Source: Sciscionella sp.
GTDB lineage: Bacteria; Actinomycetota; Actinomycetes; Mycobacteriales; Pseudonocardiaceae
Direction of reading: 5' to 3'
Assembly: GCA_050700995.1 (NCBI GenBank)
Contig: JBOHEL010000001.1
Span: 1-53,071, forward strand
DNA length: 53,071 nt
This document shows, one piece after another, positions 18,890-26,648 of this stretch. A model generated the notes under the pieces. That model did no database searches, was not told the origin of the DNA, and saw nothing but the letters and a program-made list of their open reading frames with translations. Within the stretch, counting starts at the first letter, position 1. Each line of letters opens with the position of its first letter. Position numbers and translations under genes: made by a program.

Positions 18890-20040
18890 TAGTCGCCGTC
18901 GGCGGCGGACAGCTCGACGTGGGAGCCCTCGATATCCACCGGATCACCGATCTGCACCCAGTCGTAGACGGTCTTCGCGCGCGCGGTGGTGAGGTTGGCG
19001 CAACCGTGCGAGACGTTGACGTTGCCTTGCGCCCATGTCGTCGGGGGATAGGCGTGGATGAACTCGCCGTTATTGGAGATCCGCACCGCCCAGCGCACGA
19101 ACACGTTCTTGTAGCCGGCGCGCGGGTTGCTCATCAGGTACGTGGGGCTCTTCGACATCACGACGTGGACCCCGCTACGGGTGTTGCGCCAGAGCACCGA
19201 GTCCTTGCCGTAGCTGGTCGGGAAGTCGTGCACGACCTTGCCGTCGGCCAGCAACACCAGCCGGTGGGTCTTGACGTTGCCCTTGATCTGCTGATTTTTG
19301 CCGATCGTGAAGTGCGAGGAGATATCGGCGCTGCCGTAATAGCCGCCGCCGAAGGACATCCCGTAAATCTTGGCCGTCACGGCGACCTTCGTGCCCGCCG
19401 TCCAGAACTGCTTGGGGCGCCAGTGCACCGAGCTGCTCGACAGCCACGCCCACGATCCTTCGGTCGGGATGGAGGTCCGCACGGACAGCGCCTGCTGCAC
19501 GGCGGCCCTGTCCTCGGTGGGCACCGGATCGCTGAAGTTCACGACGATCGGCATGGCGACACCGTAGGTGGCGCCATCGCCGGTGTTGAGCTGCGCGGAG
19601 ATGGTGCCATCTGGTTCGACGGTGCGGAACGCGCCGGTGATCGGTGTCGGCTTGCCGTCCAGTCCAGTGGCGGTGCCGGACCACGTGTAGGTGTGGTGGT
19701 AGCCGAGTTCCTGGGTGGCCGACCAGCTGTGGCCGTCTGGGCTGGCCTTGCCGGTGATCATCGCGCCGGTGCTGGAGGTCAGCTTCACCGAGTTGATCTC
19801 GCCGTTGCCCACGGTGATCTTGACGGGGGCGGTGGGGTTCACGCCCTTGGCGCCCGCCGCGGGCTGCAGGCTGATCTGCGGTGGCTTGGTAACGGCCGCC
19901 TGCTCCATCGGCTTGGTGGTGGTCGCCGGTTGATCGCCGGTGGTCGGCGTGCTGCCGCAAGCGGTGAGCCCGAGCACCAGTGCGAGGCCTGCCGCGCACG
20001 CCGCGACCCACCGTGGCGATGGAATGTGTGGTCGTCTCAC
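18826..20040 (-). CDS. L,D-transpeptidase lipoprotein (YkuD domain, LdtMt2-like)
   Basis: Lipobox LVLGLTACGS. Ig-like N-terminal domains. Catalytic motif FIHAYPPTTWAQGNVNVSHGCANLTTARAKTVYDW. Confidence 0.9.
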   Translation of the reverse strand: MRRPHIPSPRWVAACAAGLALVLGLTACGSTPTTGDQPATTTKPMEQAAVTKPPQISLQPAAGAKGVNPTAPVKITVGNGEINSVKLTSSTGAMITGKASPDGHSWSATQELGYHHTYTWSGTATGLDGKPTPITGAFRTVEPDGTISAQLNTGDGATYGVAMPIVVNFSDPVPTEDRAAVQQALSVRTSIPTEGSWAWLSSSSVHWRPKQFWTAGTKVAVTAKIYGMSFGGGYYGSADISSHFTIGKNQQIKGNVKTHRLVLLADGKVVHDFPTSYGKDSVLWRNTRSGVHVVMSKSPTYLMSNPRAGYKNVFVRWAVRISNNGEFIHAYPPTTWAQGNVNVSHGCANLTTARAKTVYDWVQIGDPVDIEGSHVELSAADGDYYDWALGWSDWQSKSALPASS

Positions 20041-20434
20041 GGGTCCCCCATTCGCGGTGTCCTGCCACTACAGACGTCCCTTGAGTGCGCGACGTTGATG
20101 CCCGGCTCGGTGATGTGCGTCACTGCGCTCGCATCACATCGCCGTGCGGATGCTCCGCGACGCGAGCCTATCCGTTGGATCGCGATACTCTGGCGAGCGA
20201 CTCCGGGATGCCTCCAAGATGCCACGAATGGCCGATCGCGAGCTGGTAGTTAATGTCACGGTGACCGGATACGATTGTTGCCGCAGGCCGTGGTTTGGTT
20301 GTTCGTGTTCGTGTCTCACGCTCGCGGAACGAGGACGCGGGCGTTTCAAGTCTCTCGCTGGAGATCGGGAACTGCCCGGGAACGGCCGGGGGTTGCACGG
20401 TGCAGCCTCAAGCTGATCCTGCGAGGAGGCAGGC

Positions 20435-20638
20435 GTGGCAGAAGGTACTGTCAAGTGGTTCAACTCTGAAAAAGGTTACGGCTTCATCCAGCGCGCGGAT
20501 GGCGGCGCGGATGTCTTCGTGCACTACTCGGAGATTCAGGGTTCGGGCTTCCGCTCCCTGGAAGAGAACCAGCGAGTCGAGTTCGAGGTGGGCCAGGGCC
20601 AGAAGGGCCCGCAGGCGCAGGGCGTCCGCGTCGTCTGA
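20435..20638 (+). CDS. cspA: Cold-shock protein (CspA family)
   Basis: [52 protein letters not shown] (RNP1/RNP2 motifs). GTG start after GAGGAGG. About 390 nt of untranslated leader/intergenic DNA lies upstream. Confidence 0.95.
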   Translation: MAEGTVKWFNSEKGYGFIQRADGGADVFVHYSEIQGSGFRSLEENQRVEFEVGQGQKGPQAQGVRVV

Positions 20639-20666
20639 CCTCGCGACGCCGTATCGAGCGGCAACT

Positions 20667-20706
20667 AAGGAGCCTCGCCTGTCGCGGCGGGGCTCCTTAT
20701 TTTTTG
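20667..20706 (+). terminator. Intrinsic terminator of cspA
   Basis: AAGGAGCCTCGCC-tgtcgc-GGCGGGGCTCCTT followed by ATTTTTT. Confidence 0.75.
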
Positions 20707-21017
20707 CCTGCGACGAGCTGTTCGTGCTCCCAGGCAAGGCGCTGCGTCACCCAGTCCTGCGCGAGCGAGAGCGGCGAGGTCTGGCTGCGCGCCGCGAGTT
20801 CGCGGAGCTGCTCGTTGGCCATCAGTGACAGGCGAAGCTGGTAGACCTGCGATCCGCCGAAGCGCCGCCCGGAGCCGGTCGTCTCGACATCGCTCTCCGC
20901 TTCGGGGGACAAGGCCGCCAGGTAGGACTCAAGCTCTACATCGGGGGCCTCAGGGTTGGCAACTAGTTCCTCGACGGGACGGTGCCGCCCGGTCTTGGAT
21001 CTTCCAAACGTTGGCAT
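20697..21017 (-). CDS. Hypothetical small protein (possible ribbon-helix-helix type C-terminus)
   Basis: ATG at 21017, 106 aa. The product reads MPTFGRSKTGRHRPVEELV...GGSQVYQLRLSLMANEQLRELAARSQTSPLSLAQDWVTQRLAWEHEQL. The longer 249-aa ORF extension runs through repeat DNA and is unlikely to be real. Confidence 0.5.
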   Translation of the reverse strand: MPTFGRSKTGRHRPVEELVANPEAPDVELESYLAALSPEAESDVETTGSGRRFGGSQVYQLRLSLMANEQLRELAARSQTSPLSLAQDWVTQRLAWEHEQLVAGKK

Positions 21018-21090
21018 GGGCACCGCAACACGATAACGGTTTGGTTGCGGCCAGCCCAGGAGGGTGTGCTTTGCGCCACAAGTGTGTCGA

Positions 21091-21113
21091 GGTTGGGGGG
21101 TCTTGAAGACACC
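21091..21113. repeat. Second copy of the 23-mer arm of the 182-246 palindrome
   Basis: GGTTGGGGGGTCTTGAAGACACC is identical to 223-245. Here it is followed by CCCCAAC, which pairs with GTTGGGG, and by a separate 11-bp hairpin at 21132-21164 (GGCCCCCGCGC/GCGCGGGGGCC). Confidence 0.85.
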
Positions 21114-21549
21114 CCAACACCGGCATGGAGTGGCCCCCGCGCCAGGGGGAGGAGCGCGGGGGCCGGAGGGGATCTCCATACGCGCTGACCGGGGGTGTGT
21201 CAGCCCCAGAATTGTGACATGCCCCCGCGCTCCAGCGGGAGGGTTTCGGGCGAGAAAGTTCGGTACGAAGTTCACCTCCCGGCATGTTGACGTTTCACCG
21301 CGCGACGGCTCGTTGCCACCGCTGCCCTTGTTGGCGGCCCGATGACTGTTGCGGTGTGTGATCGGTAACCACCGGTACGTTCTCCGTGTCGATGTGCTGG
21401 CGAGGTTGATAGTGCTAATGGGTACTTGCAAGTCGCTTACATGCAATTTCCACCACTCTGAGTGAATTTTGGTTCACTCTGTAAGGGGCTGCCAGGGGAG
21501 CCTGTTGGCGGCTAGCGTCGCCGGGACAGCGTGCGACGAGGGAGGTGCG

Positions 21550-21759
21550 ATGAGCGGTTCTCTAGAAGTTCGAAAGTTCTTGTCGCAGCAGGACGGGAGT
21601 GCGCCGCGCCGCGGCTCGGGTATGCCGTCGCAGCGGACCGGCGACGATTCAGCGATGTCGCCCCATCAGGTTCACAGGGCGCGGCTGGCGGTTGCGAGCA
21701 GTGCTCGCGATGTGGACGATTGCCGGCTTTTGCTCGACATCCTGGGGCTGGCGCCGTAA
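21550..21759 (+). CDS. Small hypothetical protein (69 aa)
   Basis: ATG at 21550 is preceded by GAGGGAGG. The C-terminus HRARLAVASSARDVDDCRLLLDILGLAP resembles small actinomycete proteins I recall only loosely. A very strong hairpin follows. Confidence 0.45.
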   Translation: MSGSLEVRKFLSQQDGSAPRRGSGMPSQRTGDDSAMSPHQVHRARLAVASSARDVDDCRLLLDILGLAP

Positions 21760-21786
21760 CGCCTGGTTACATTCCGTTCGGCCATG

Positions 21787-21828
21787 CGCGAGGGGCGGGA
21801 GCAGCTTGAGCTGCTCCCGCCCCTCGCG
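21787..21828 (+). terminator. Perfect 19-bp stem, TTGA tetraloop hairpin
   Basis: CGCGAGGGGCGGGAGCAGC-ttga-GCTGCTCCCGCCCCTCGCG, with no U-tract. Confidence 0.6.
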
Positions 21829-22011
21829 ATACCGGCCCATCCGCGGGTGTCTCGAACTCGCCTGCGGCTCCCCGGTCAGACGCACACCCCCCGGTGGTGC
21901 GCTTGAGTGCATGGGCCCATGCGAAACATACTGACCGGTCTCTTTCGAAGCAATGTCAGGGCCCGGATGGTGTGAATCGCCGGTCGACGGCCGGTACTGT
22001 GGAGTGAATAG

Positions 22012-22677
22012 GTGATTGATCAACCACCCGGAGTTGAGATGCCGCAGCAAGACCGGGCCCACGCGACCCGGCGAATGATCCTCAGCGTCGCGGCGGAGGA
22101 GTTTCAGCGGGTGGGTTACTTCGGGACATCCATCGGCACGGTCCTGCAGCGCAGTGGGATCACCAAGGGAGCGTTCTACTTCCACTTCCCCTCCAAGGAA
22201 GCGCTCGTGGAGGAGCTGGTGAGTGCTCAGGACGAGATCGGGCACCGGGTGGCGCGGCAGTGGATGGAGCGCGGGCTCGACCCACTGCGGACGCTGATGG
22301 GGATGGTCGATGAGATGGCGCGCCGGACCGCATCGGACACCGTAGTCGCGGCCGGGGTACGACTGTCCGCGGAGCGCGGGCTGCTGGTGCCGGGCGCTAC
22401 TACTCCGTATCAGACCTGGGAGCGGGCCTTCGAGCGGCTGCTGACGGAGAGTCAGCGGCTGGGACTGGTCCGGCCTGAGGTGGACGTGCGGAGCGGCGCG
22501 CGGCTGCTGAACCAGGCCATCATCGGTGCGCGCGTGATGTCGCTGGTCACGGACCAGGCCGATTATCCCATGCGGGTGCGTGGGATCTGGGCGTTCGCGC
22601 TGCCGCTCGTGGCGACGCCGGAGTGGCTGTCGGATTGGATGGCCGAGCAATGGGAAACCACTGACCAGCGCGGTTGA
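22012..22677 (+). CDS. TetR family regulator of the ScbR/ArpA (gamma-butyrolactone receptor-like) subgroup
   Basis: ILSVAAEEFQRVGYFGTSIGTVLQRSGITKGAFYFHFPSKEALVEELV matches the TKGALYFHFxSKEA signature of this subgroup, and AAGVRLSAERG is also present. GTG at 22012. ATG at 22039 is an alternative start. Confidence 0.85.
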   Translation: MIDQPPGVEMPQQDRAHATRRMILSVAAEEFQRVGYFGTSIGTVLQRSGITKGAFYFHFPSKEALVEELVSAQDEIGHRVARQWMERGLDPLRTLMGMVDEMARRTASDTVVAAGVRLSAERGLLVPGATTPYQTWERAFERLLTESQRLGLVRPEVDVRSGARLLNQAIIGARVMSLVTDQADYPMRVRGIWAFALPLVATPEWLSDWMAEQWETTDQRG

Positions 22678-22789
22678 TCGGGGTATCGACCCGTTTTGGA
22701 GGCAGGGGCAGCGGTGCCCTATGCTTGGCGTGCTCCCAGCGGAGGACAGTCGCTGAGCGCTCAGGTCGGCCGGTACGCCAGCCGGTCGG

Positions 22790-22862
22790 GCTCCCATCGT
22801 CTAGAGGCCTAGGACCCCGCCCTTTCACGGCGGTAACACGGGTTCGAATCCCGTTGGGAGTA
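22790..22862 (+). tRNA. tRNA-Glu (anticodon UUC)
   Basis: Cloverleaf by eye: acceptor GCTCCCA/TGGGAGT, anticodon stem CCGCC/GGCGG, loop CTTTCAC, T-arm ACGGG-TTCGAAT-CCCGT. Ends are accurate to about 1-2 nt. Confidence 0.9.
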
Positions 22863-22876
22863 CGTAGTACGAGTAA

Positions 22877-22950
22877 GGCCCTGTGGCGCAGTTGGTTAGC
22901 GCGTCGCCCTGTCACGGCGAAGGTCGCGGGTTCGAGTCCCGTCAGGGTCG
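22877..22950 (+). tRNA. tRNA-Asp (anticodon GUC)
   Basis: Acceptor GGCCCTG/CAGGGTC, anticodon stem TCGCC/GGCGA, loop CTGTCAC, T-arm GCGGG-TTCGAGT-CCCGT. Confidence 0.92.
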
Positions 22951-23229
22951 CTTCTCTCACCAGGCGTTTTGGTGATCCATTGAGTAGCCCGTCTTCTTCT
23001 CCGGGTGCCGCTCTGGGTGCAAGGTAGTCTTTGCAGCGTGGCCAACGGCACCGGCAAACGGGCTCGCACCCAGCAACAGCTTGCCCAACCGCTGTCTGAA
23101 GGAACGACCGCGTAGCTCGACTACGCGGTCGAACGCCTCTACGCCGGGCAAGCGGCTGGCGAAGCCGTGCCGCAAGCGGATCCTCCAGTGGGTACTCGGG
23201 AGCGCCTGCCAGGATGGTCCAGATGACGA

Positions 23230-23445
23230 TCACCAGCGACCCGTGGCAGCACCCCGGATCCCGAGCGGTCGAAGCTTCGCCTGGTCGAGGTAGCCGCCAC
23301 CGTTCTGCACGCATTGGCGCGAGGTGACGCTGCGGCCACGTCCCAGCACCCGGTGAGGTCGGATGGCGCGCGGGTCTGCGTGCGTGCGGCGCAGCAGCTC
23401 GTCGAGGTAGTCCTCAATGGGCGTGGCGTCGCTTCGGCCGGTCAT
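23230..23445 (-). pseudogene. Decayed PadR-associated gene (N-terminal IEDYLDELLRR motif only)
   Basis: MTGRSDATPIEDYLDELLRRTHADPRA is typical of the protein encoded after PadR regulators, and its start overlaps the PadR stop as ATGA. The reading then degenerates into Arg/Gly-rich sequence, and plausible continuation is scattered over other frames. Confidence 0.35.
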
Positions 23446-23630
23446 GCCAGCACCGCCTGCATGTTCGCCACGAAGCCCTGCCACACCCGCCGTCGCGCGG
23501 CGAACTCTTTGCGGCCACGTGCGGTCAGTGTGTACGTCCGGCGTCGCCTGCCGTGCGCCACCTCGACCGAGCTGTGAGCTCGAGCCGGTGCAGCGCAGGA
23601 CCGCCGTGCCGCAGGACCGAGGGTCGCGGT
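23442..23630 (-). pseudogene. PadR-family regulator remnant (5' truncated and frameshifted)
   Basis: One frame gives GPALHRLEL and another gives VEVAHGRRRRTYTLTARGRKEFAARRRVWQGFVANMQAVLA*. The N-terminal roughly 50 aa are missing where the ABC fragment begins. Confidence 0.55.
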
Positions 23631-23830
23631 GACCCAGACGGCGGTGGCGGTTCACCAGGTGGGCAAGAGCTTTAGGTCACGCCGCGTCCTCGATGGCGTG
23701 ACGTTCGAGGTGCTGTGCGGGCAGATCTGCGGGCTGCTCGGGCCCAACGGCGCGGGTAAGGCCACGACCATGCGCATTCTGGTGGAGCTGTCTCGGCCCG
23801 ACCGTGGCGGTGCCCACCTGCTGGGCGAAC
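23629..23830 (+). pseudogene. ABC transporter ATP-binding protein fragment (first ~65 aa only)
   Basis: [63 protein letters not shown] (Walker A). Recognisable ABC sequence stops after this. Confidence 0.6.
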
Positions 23831-23879
23831 CGAGCTGGCTCGCCGCTCCGGTCCTGGCCGTGGCGACCCAGGACGTTCT

Positions 23880-24204
23880 CAGCGCGAGCCGCCCGCCTTG
23901 CGAACGCCAGCCTCGGACACCGCTACGGCGCCGACCACCTGGACGACGTGCTGGGATGGTGCGAGCACATCGGCATCCACTACGTCACCGCCTTCGTGTG
24001 CTCAGTCGAGAACCTGACCCGCCGCGACCACCTTCCCGCGTGATCCGCACCTCGGGCGAACAGCGGCTATCGAACTTCCTCCGCTGGCAACCCGCCTACT
24101 CCGAGCTGTACTTCTGCGACGCCTACTGGCCAGCGTTTCGCGAGATCGACTTCCTGCGCGCCCTGCGCAGCTTCTCAGCCAGGCACCGGCGATACGGCGC
24201 ATGA
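23880..24204 (+). pseudogene. Undecaprenyl-diphosphate synthase (UppS/cis-prenyltransferase) fragments with internal deletion and frame change
   Basis: Frame of ORF 23804..24043: [45 protein letters not shown]. Frame of ORF 23629..24204: [53 protein letters not shown]. The central roughly 100 aa of the family are absent. Confidence 0.6.
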
Positions 24205-24876
24205 ACGGCGTCCGCAAGCGGAATGGCAAACGTGGCGCTCACCGGTTCCGAAGCTTCGGGATGACGAATGCGCGATGCCCGTCGGACGAACATGTCGGCC
24301 GCGAGGGCTCAGGTTCTTCAGGCGGTGGCCTCGCGAGTACCTCGGCGCCGAGACGACAACACGGGTCGTGTCGCGGTGGACGCCGGCGCTTCCGCCTGGT
24401 CGCCATTCGAATTGGCAGCTTCGAGTGTGTGCCTGCCCCGGCCCACATTGCCTGCGTGCGTCCGTGATTGCTGGCGGTGATGGCGGCGGCGGAGTAAGTG
24501 GCGGGCGATCACAGCGACGACAATCACGGCGAGTGCTACGCCGAGGTAAGCAGGCGGGGAGAGTTCGGGCATGTCTTCCTCTCTCCGGTGCCATATCGGG
24601 GCGTGTCGGCAGTTATCACAAAGACGCCGCTGACAGGCAAGTCTCACGTCGTGGAGCCGCCTCCCCCGTACCGACGTCGGTGCCGGATTAGGGTGCGTGC
24701 GTCGGGCGCGGTGAGCGTGCCCGTTGCGATGTGTCCACAGCATTGTGGCGTGAACGGCGGCCTTGTTGGCAGCGAGCACAGCACCACAGTGCTGTGCGAT
24801 CAGGCCAGGCGCCAGGTGGGTGGCCACCCCCATGTGCCCGGTTTCGGCCTTCGCAGGCTACGCTGTAACGCGCCCC

Positions 24877-24953
24877 GGCCAGGTAGCTCAGTTGGTACGA
24901 GCGTCCGCCTGAAAAGCGGAAGGTCGACGGTTCGATCCCGTCCCTGGCCACCA
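24877..24953 (+). tRNA. tRNA-Phe (anticodon GAA), CCA encoded
   Basis: Acceptor GGCCAGG/CCTGGCC, anticodon stem TCCGC/GCGGA, loop CTGAAAA, T-arm GACGG-TTCGATC-CCGTC, then ACCA. Confidence 0.92.
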
Positions 24954-24962
24954 CGCTTGACC

Positions 24963-25005
24963 AGCACAAACGCCCCCAATCGCGGTGGTTGAGGGTGTTT
25001 GTGCT
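24963..25005 (+). terminator. Hairpin after tRNA-Phe
   Basis: AGCACAAACGCCC ... GGGTGTTTGTGCT, a 13-bp stem with one mismatch and a 17-nt loop. Confidence 0.45.
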
Positions 25006-25273
25006 GTCGGACGGGTCTCATTTTGGGGATCAATTGCGCCCACATCACCATCGAGTGTCGGTCCTCATGGGGTGGCCAATACCGCAGCAAAGACCACACG
25101 CGTGACACTCGTCCACGGGTCACCTGCCGTCGCCGCGTCGGCATGGCGCCACTCTCTCTGCACCGATGAGAACAGTTCGTCAACTTGATGGGCGGGCCGC
25201 CACAGCTGCCAACTGGTTCCTTGCCAGTTCTGCCACGTCGAGATCCCAGGACAGACCACAACCGCGCCAGCGT

Positions 25274-25992
25274 CTATACGATTGCGGATCCGCTACCGCA
25301 ACGCCATCCCGTTGGCGGGTTGGATCCGCTGGCGCAAGCCGCACGATGGGAGACCGGCATGGGCGCATCACGTTCTACCGGAGTGGCCGCCTGGCTCGAC
25401 CAGCTGGAGGAGCCCACCAGGGCCATCGCGACAACGAACGCAGTGATCGGCAGGATCTGGCTCCAGTTGTAGGCGGTGTCGAAGGTGGTGGAAGCGATGA
25501 TCAGGGCCGTGCCGCCGGCCTGGATGAGGTAGATCACCGCCCAGATGATGCTGATCTGGTACATCCCGTGGCGAAATCCCGGGTAAGCGACCCACATTTT
25601 GTCGAACGCCGACATCCCCTCACGGTCCCGTCAGTGCCGTAGCGCTGGCCGAAGTAGAACACCACCGGGCGTGGCATCAGCACACAGGACAACCCGAATA
25701 CCAAACCAGCCAGCGCTGTCGTCGCGCAGTCCTTGTACAGCAACACTTTCGAATCCGTTCTGCCCACCACCACTGCCGCAGCCGCCGACAGCGCGACGAA
25801 GGCGAACATCGCCGCTGAGGCACCGCTGAACTTCCTCGAGCGGGCCCAGACCACCAACGCCCCGAGCAGCGGGGCGATGCTGCCGGTCAGGTACGCCTCG
25901 ACGTCATTTCCGCCGATGCCCTTGGCTATGTGGAAGAGTCCGATGCCCCCGCCGATCTCCAGCACCATGACCGCGACCAAATCGCCCACCAT
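25274..25992 (-). pseudogene. Polytopic membrane protein split into two frames (frameshift or overlapping gene pair)
   Basis: The N-terminal part starts at ATG 25992: MVGDLVAVMVLEIGGGIGLFHIAKG...VFYFGQRYGTDGT. The C-terminal part is ORF 25274..25615: MSAFDKMWVAYPGFRHGMYQISIIWAVIYLIQAGGTALII... The frames meet at 25616-25630, beside a GGGG run. Confidence 0.5.
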
Positions 25993-26163
25993 GCCACCGT
26001 CCCTTTTGCGGAACGGTATGCGGAAAAGGTTTGCGCGTCGATGGCTCGTCAGCGTGACGTAGGCACCGCGAGAGCCACCATGTTGCCTGCGGGGTCCTTG
26101 ACGTAGGCAAGTCGTGCACCCCAGGGCATGTCGGCAGGCTCGCGCAGCACTAGCCTGCCGACC

Positions 26164-26552
26164 ATGTCGAGCCAAGAGCTGGTGACTGCCTTCTGGGTGG
26201 CCATGGAAGCCAACGACTGGCACAGGGCGGCAAGCTACCTCGCACCGGAGTGTGTGGTCGACTGGCCCTGTTCCGGCGAACGGATCGTCGGGCGGAACGA
26301 CTTCGCCGCCGTGCAGGCTCGCTACCTGACCAACACCGGCCGATGGAGCTTCGACGTGCATCGTCTCGTGGCCGAGGGGACACGGTGGTCTGCGAGGTCA
26401 CCGTCACCGCCGGGGAAGGGTCGGCGCGTGTCGTAGCCTTCTCCGAACTCGACGGCGAGCAGATCGCTCATCAGGTTGAATACTGGCCCACCGCCTACGA
26501 GTCTCTGCCCGGACGGGGCGACCTGACGCGTCCGACCGAGCGCATTCCCTGA
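26164..26552 (+). pseudogene. SnoaL/NTF2-like protein, frameshifted
   Basis: MSSQELVTAFWVAMEANDWHRAASYLAPECVVDWP...FDVHRLVAEG is in one frame. GDTVVCEVTVTAGEGSARVVAFSELDGEQIAHQVEYWPTAYE is in the next frame. The junction is at the GGGG run 26376-26379. Confidence 0.7.
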
Positions 26553-26648
26553 CGGTGCGCCGCCCGCGGTCGATGCGAGGGCGTGGAGCGTGTGACAGAC
26601 CCCTCGCTGCAGCATCATCGCGATAGCGGATCCCTGGTGAGGCGGTGG

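Noticed and set aside
20041-20434. Possible riboswitch (such as the ydaO / c-di-AMP class) in the long leader upstream of the L,D-transpeptidase gene, or a cspA 5' UTR element.
   Set aside because: I see only a bulged hairpin (about 20125-20165) and cannot recognise the conserved ydaO core by eye. A long cspA 5' UTR is expected biology. This needs a covariance-model scan before any claim.
24205-24876. A small ORF (24318..24572, minus strand) starting MPELSPPAYLGVALAVIVVAVIARHLL with an SD-like GGAGAGAGGAAG.
   Set aside because: Only the first roughly 27 aa look like a TM helix. The rest is Arg/His-rich junk inside the decayed inter-tRNA region, so it is probably another remnant rather than a functional gene.
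24800-25261. A 153-aa ORF covering tRNA-Phe on the opposite strand.
   Set aside because: It is antisense to a tRNA gene and its terminator hairpin, and its composition is not protein-like.
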